Of a stretch of 64,000 bases of DNA, positions 44,210 through 64,000 are shown piece by piece; the first letter of the stretch is position 1, and each line of letters opens with the position of its first letter. The notes below the pieces were generated by a model that saw nothing but the letters and a program-made list of their open reading frames with translations, was not told where the DNA came from and did no database searches. The stretch is from Ranitomeya imitator. Lineage: Eukaryota. The stretch is taken from contig NC_091290.1 in the NCBI RefSeq assembly GCF_032444005.1, positions 118,916,001-118,980,000 of the forward strand, given 5' to 3'. The translations under genes and the position numbers were made by a program.

Positions 44210-44640
44210 TTTTCGATGCGGCGCAGCCAGAAACGGTGCGGGCACGGATCACACACGTGACGTTAGAAAGGCTCTGGTCCTGAGAATGACTCCTCCCACA
44301 CACGTGACTGATCACATGGTCGTGACGTCACCAAAGGTCCTCTCGCTAGTTTGCACAGGATCTAGCAGGTACCGTCGCCGGTCCGCGGTGAGTGTCTGCC
44401 TGTGGGGTGACGTTACCGGGAGATCAGGGGGAGAGGAGATGTCAGAGCTGTGCTGCAGCCGGGCGGCCATAACGACAGCAGCAGGGAGGTGCCGTCAGGC
44501 GCCGCCACATTCGGTTGCCATGGAGACCGGAGGACTCAGCTTTAGTTTCTTACAGTGCAGTGCAGTGAGTGCAGAGCTGCTCCCGACACATGAGTGCAGC
44601 ACATGTAGCAGAGCCGGGGAGCTCCCCTGCCACCATCAGG
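44210..44640 (+). promoter_or_regulatory. BBS2: CpG-rich BBS2 promoter region with RFX X-box (44514-44527) and candidate non-coding exon donors (44388, 44565)
   Basis: GTTGCCATGGAGAC X-box; CRE TGACGTCA at 44323-30; CACGTGAC at 44301; GTGAGT donors; visibly high CpG content. Confidence 0.72.
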
Positions 44641-45629
44641 GGCCGGTTATAGCCTATAGACTGCAGGCAGTCAAATGATTGCTGCAGCCAATCCCCATCT
44701 CCATAATCAGTGGCAGACAGACACAGTGTGCACACATCCTAAGTCACATGATAACTTTAGCGCTGTAAAATGCTGCCATTGAAGTGATCACCGATGGCCT
44801 TGTCTCCACGGACGCCGTGTGTAATTCCATCTGCAGAACATCCTTCTTATACCTCTTTATCATGTTGTTTTTAGGCATTTACTCTTTGTACCCAATCCAT
44901 GATGTAGGGGCAGAGAGCCTAATTCCAGCACTGTGTCATTTTATGCAATCCCAGATCTCTCTGCTTCAGATCTAACAGTTCTCTGAATGCTGAGCTCTGT
45001 ATAACCCCGCCCACACCACTGATTGGTGATTGGTGGAAAGCTGCCAATCAGTGCTGGGGAGGGGGTGGTTGGACTAGGAGGCACGAGACACTTAGTCCTG
45101 CTGTGATACTCTCCACTGATTTGTATTGAAACAGCAACATACAGCCTAAAGAGTGACACATCACAGGAATCAGGGTCTCAGCCCCTACATTATGCTGCTC
45201 TCAGATTACATAGCAAAAACCTGCCGAAATATTCACTTTAAGTGATTCTCCAAACCCCATGTTAGATGTGGCTATACGGTGCCGATACATCCCACACCAA
45301 TGTAAGGGCAGAAGAGGCGCAGTTCAGACTTTCCACAGAGTATGAAGTCTGTGCAATTCTTGACTACATGCCCAGTTATGACCCTACGAGAATTGGTGAC
45401 TTAGCAGTTTCCTTACCCCTCATTGACTTAACTAGGGGAGTGCCCATGCAAGAAATTGGCGCCTCCATTCTCAGGATGTACGAGACACCACCTCCAGTCG
45501 TCAGGCTTCGCCGCACACGTTATCACAGGGCCCAGTTTTGCAGCCAGCGATTCTCCATACTTTCACAATCTTCCAATAATACTTTTTTTGTGTGATTAAG
45601 ACTGTGTTATCTCTTTGCTAGGAGCCATC

Positions 45630-62644
<17,015 letters not shown>

Positions 62645-63365
62645 TGATGCACATGCATGTCACCTTTGATCGGTGGGATGTAAATGTGCAGACCAATGAT
62701 TTTTTATATAACCGATTCACATACAGCCGCTGACCTTTATAAACCTCTTGTTACTCGTCCTGGAATGGCAACTATGTATGTGCTGGATCAGGAGCACAAA
62801 ACTCCACATAGTTGTAGCAGCAATTTTTTTTAAGGGAATCTATCAGCATGTTCTGCTATGTAATCTGACAACAGTATAATGTAGGGACAGAGACCCTGAT
62901 TCCAACGATGTGTCACTTAGTTTACTGGGTGCAGTAGTTGTGATAGAATCACAGATCTAGCAGAGCTCAAAATGCTGAGCTGTATAAAATCCCGCCAACA
63001 CCAGTGATTGACAAAAAGTGGATGGGGCGGGGTTGGACTAGGATGCACCAGACACCTAGTCCTGTAGTGATAATCTCCTGCTTAAAAATGAGTACGGTAT
63101 TTTATATCAAAAGTGCAGTGAACAGTCCTGTAAGTGACAAATCGCTGGAATTAGTGTCTCTTCCCCTTTATTATGCTGCTTTCAGATTTGGTGGAAAAAA
63201 CTGGTGACAGATTCCTGTTTTAGACACTGTTTGCATACACTTCTTATCCCCTTCATGATCGTGAAATATTTTCATTTTTGAACCATTGTTTTTTTTTCTT
63301 CCTCCCCTTTCTTTGGAGTCATTCTTTGCATGATTTGAATTTTATTTGCTATATAGATATATATA

Positions 63366-63841
63366 CACTGCTCAGAAAAATAAAGGGAACACTAAAATCC
63401 CACATCCTAGATATCACTGAATGAAATATTCCAGTTGCAAATCTTTATTCATTACATAGTGGAATGTGTTGAGAACAGTAAAACCTAAAAATGATCAACG
63501 TAAAACACAACTAATATCCCACGGAGGTCTGGAGTTGGAATGCTGCTCAAAATCAAAGTGGAAAATTAAGTTACAGGCTGATCTAACTTCAGTGGAAATT
63601 CCACAAGACAAGGAAATGATGCTCAGTAATGTGTGTGGCCTCCACGTGCCTGTATGACCTCCCTACAAAGCCTGGGCATCCTGATCAGCTCCTGCATATG
63701 GTCTCACAATGGTGTCTGAGGATCTCATCTCGGTACCTAATGGCAGTCAGGTTACCTCTGGCGAGCACATGGAGGGCTGTGCGGCCCTCCAAAGAAATGC
63801 CACCCCACACCATTACTGACCCACTACCAAACTGGTCATGC
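63366..63841 (-). mobile_element. Tc1-like transposon relic (3' TIR plus a deleted transposase fragment)
   Basis: TA|CACTGCTCAGAAAAATAAAGGGAACACT terminus; the minus strand reads QFGSGSVMVWGGISLEGRTALHVLARGNLTAIRYRDEIL. Confidence 0.85.
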
Positions 63842-64000
63842 ATTTATATATGCTTTTGTATGGTTTTCGGATTGTCATCTTCCGTTACACCATTTACTTC
63901 ACTATAAAATGTACTGCAAAAAACAGAAGAAAAAATAGTGGAAAAAAAAAACAAAAAATGCAATTCCACCATTGCTTTTTGAGTTTTGCGATTACAGTGT

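Noticed and set aside
44301-44330. CRE and E-box as specific BBS2 regulatory sites
   Set aside because: Kept only as part of the promoter feature; the surrounding GATCACATGGTCGTGACGTCA...GGTCCT resembles a common frog repeat motif, so specificity is doubtful.

Overview
Amphibian (neobatrachian frog-like, inferred from the repeat content) genomic DNA; one assembly gap at 2699-3009. Three host genes were reconstructed by eye from splice signals, since the ORF track misses most exons. (1) A complete 9-exon, 461-aa 5-HT3-receptor-like Cys-loop cation channel subunit (+, 3578-24343) whose serotonin-binding residues are largely not conserved. (2) A complete 3-exon, 62-aa metallothionein (-, 37278-35363) with TATA box, three MREs, a poly(A) signal, 21 Cys and a minisatellite in its 5'UTR. 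(3) The first seven coding exons (268 aa) of BBS2 (+, 45630-62617, continuing beyond the window), with an RFX X-box promoter, a probable non-coding first exon and two consecutive GC-AG introns. The rest is mostly transposons: a Ty3/Gypsy element nested in a Tc1, a solo LTR, several Tc1 relics, piggyBac-like elements carrying telomere-like arrays, many PIF/Harbinger- and Kolobok/T2-type MITEs, a DIRS relic, a Helitron, a Penelope-like relic with a hammerhead ribozyme motif, and several minisatellites. No CRISPR array, rRNA or tRNA was found. Functional interpretations are inference; no database search was run.
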